A stretch of 63,609 nucleotides of DNA, counting the filler, from Rhabdomonas costata (taxonomy: Eukaryota): the NCBI GenBank assembly GCA_019059605.1. It is 57 parts of 57 records of this genome, joined end to end, with 100 filler letters (N's around TTAATTAATTAA, not from the genome) between each part and the next. Parts side by side here need not be neighbours in the genome. Positions count along the whole stretch, not along the records: positions 62,593 to 63,609 come from JAHMHO010033314.1; 56 more parts are not named here. One strand, 5' to 3'. Under the pieces are notes generated by a model. The model was not told the origin of the DNA. It saw only the letters and a list, made by a program, of their open reading frames with translations, and did not search any database. The position numbers and the translations under genes are program-made. Shown here one piece after another: positions 63,338 through 63,609 of this stretch; the first letter of the stretch is position 1; each line of letters opens with the position of its first letter.

Positions 63338-63609
63338 CTGGAGATAGCGCACACAAAAAAAAACGAAAACACAAAGGAAGGTGCGCCAGCTGCTCAGCTG
63401 CAGGCTTGTGTCCATCCCGTTGAGAGTTGTTCAGTGCGTGTACAACGGTGAGATCAAGCGTAGCACTGGAGCCGGCATCAGCGGGCCGCATGCGCCCTGC
63501 GCTTGCTCCACTTCAGGGCGAAAACCCGCCACAGAAGCAAACAGCTTTTGTAGCTGCGAAGTCCTGGACACTCTCCACTATCCAGTAGGCCCGCTTGCCA
63601 CCACACACC

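Noticed and set aside
1-63609. Gene neighbourhoods/operons across contigs and euglenid non-conventional introns
   Set aside because: Contigs appear grouped by length, so adjacency is meaningless. All introns I could delimit are GT-AG or GC-AG, and non-conventional ones cannot be shown without transcripts.

Overview
This window is not a continuous locus. It is a pseudo-scaffold of 57 unrelated contigs of about 1014-1019 bp, joined by an artificial 100-nt spacer (N44-TTAATTAATTAA-N44, with stops in all six frames). Most contigs are intron-rich eukaryotic nuclear DNA with short exons, probably from a euglenozoan/euglenid-type flagellate (inference). Recognisable exon fragments are: TOR kinase, AFG1/LACE1 ATPase, SF3A3/PRP9, TIMELESS, EBP2, ALG2, a PHO84/PHT1-type phosphate transporter, cofactor-dependent phosphoglycerate mutase, a Stealth-family phosphotransferase, an EF-hand + PIP5K-like gene, KH/Cache/RIIa/LisH/WD40 domain exons, and non-LTR retrotransposon pieces. 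G/T-only contig starts, C/A-only ends and terminal fold-backs point to K-primer whole-genome amplification. The best leads are: (i) two AT-rich, intron-less virus-like contigs, one a divergent LicD-like ORF and one a tail-fibre-like gene broken by an in-frame TGA and a frameshift; (ii) a MITE-like dispersed inverted-repeat family; (iii) recurrent GC-AG splice donors; and (iv) a divergent ADP-ribosyltransferase-like ORF. No multi-gene system can be inferred, because neighbouring contigs are not linked.
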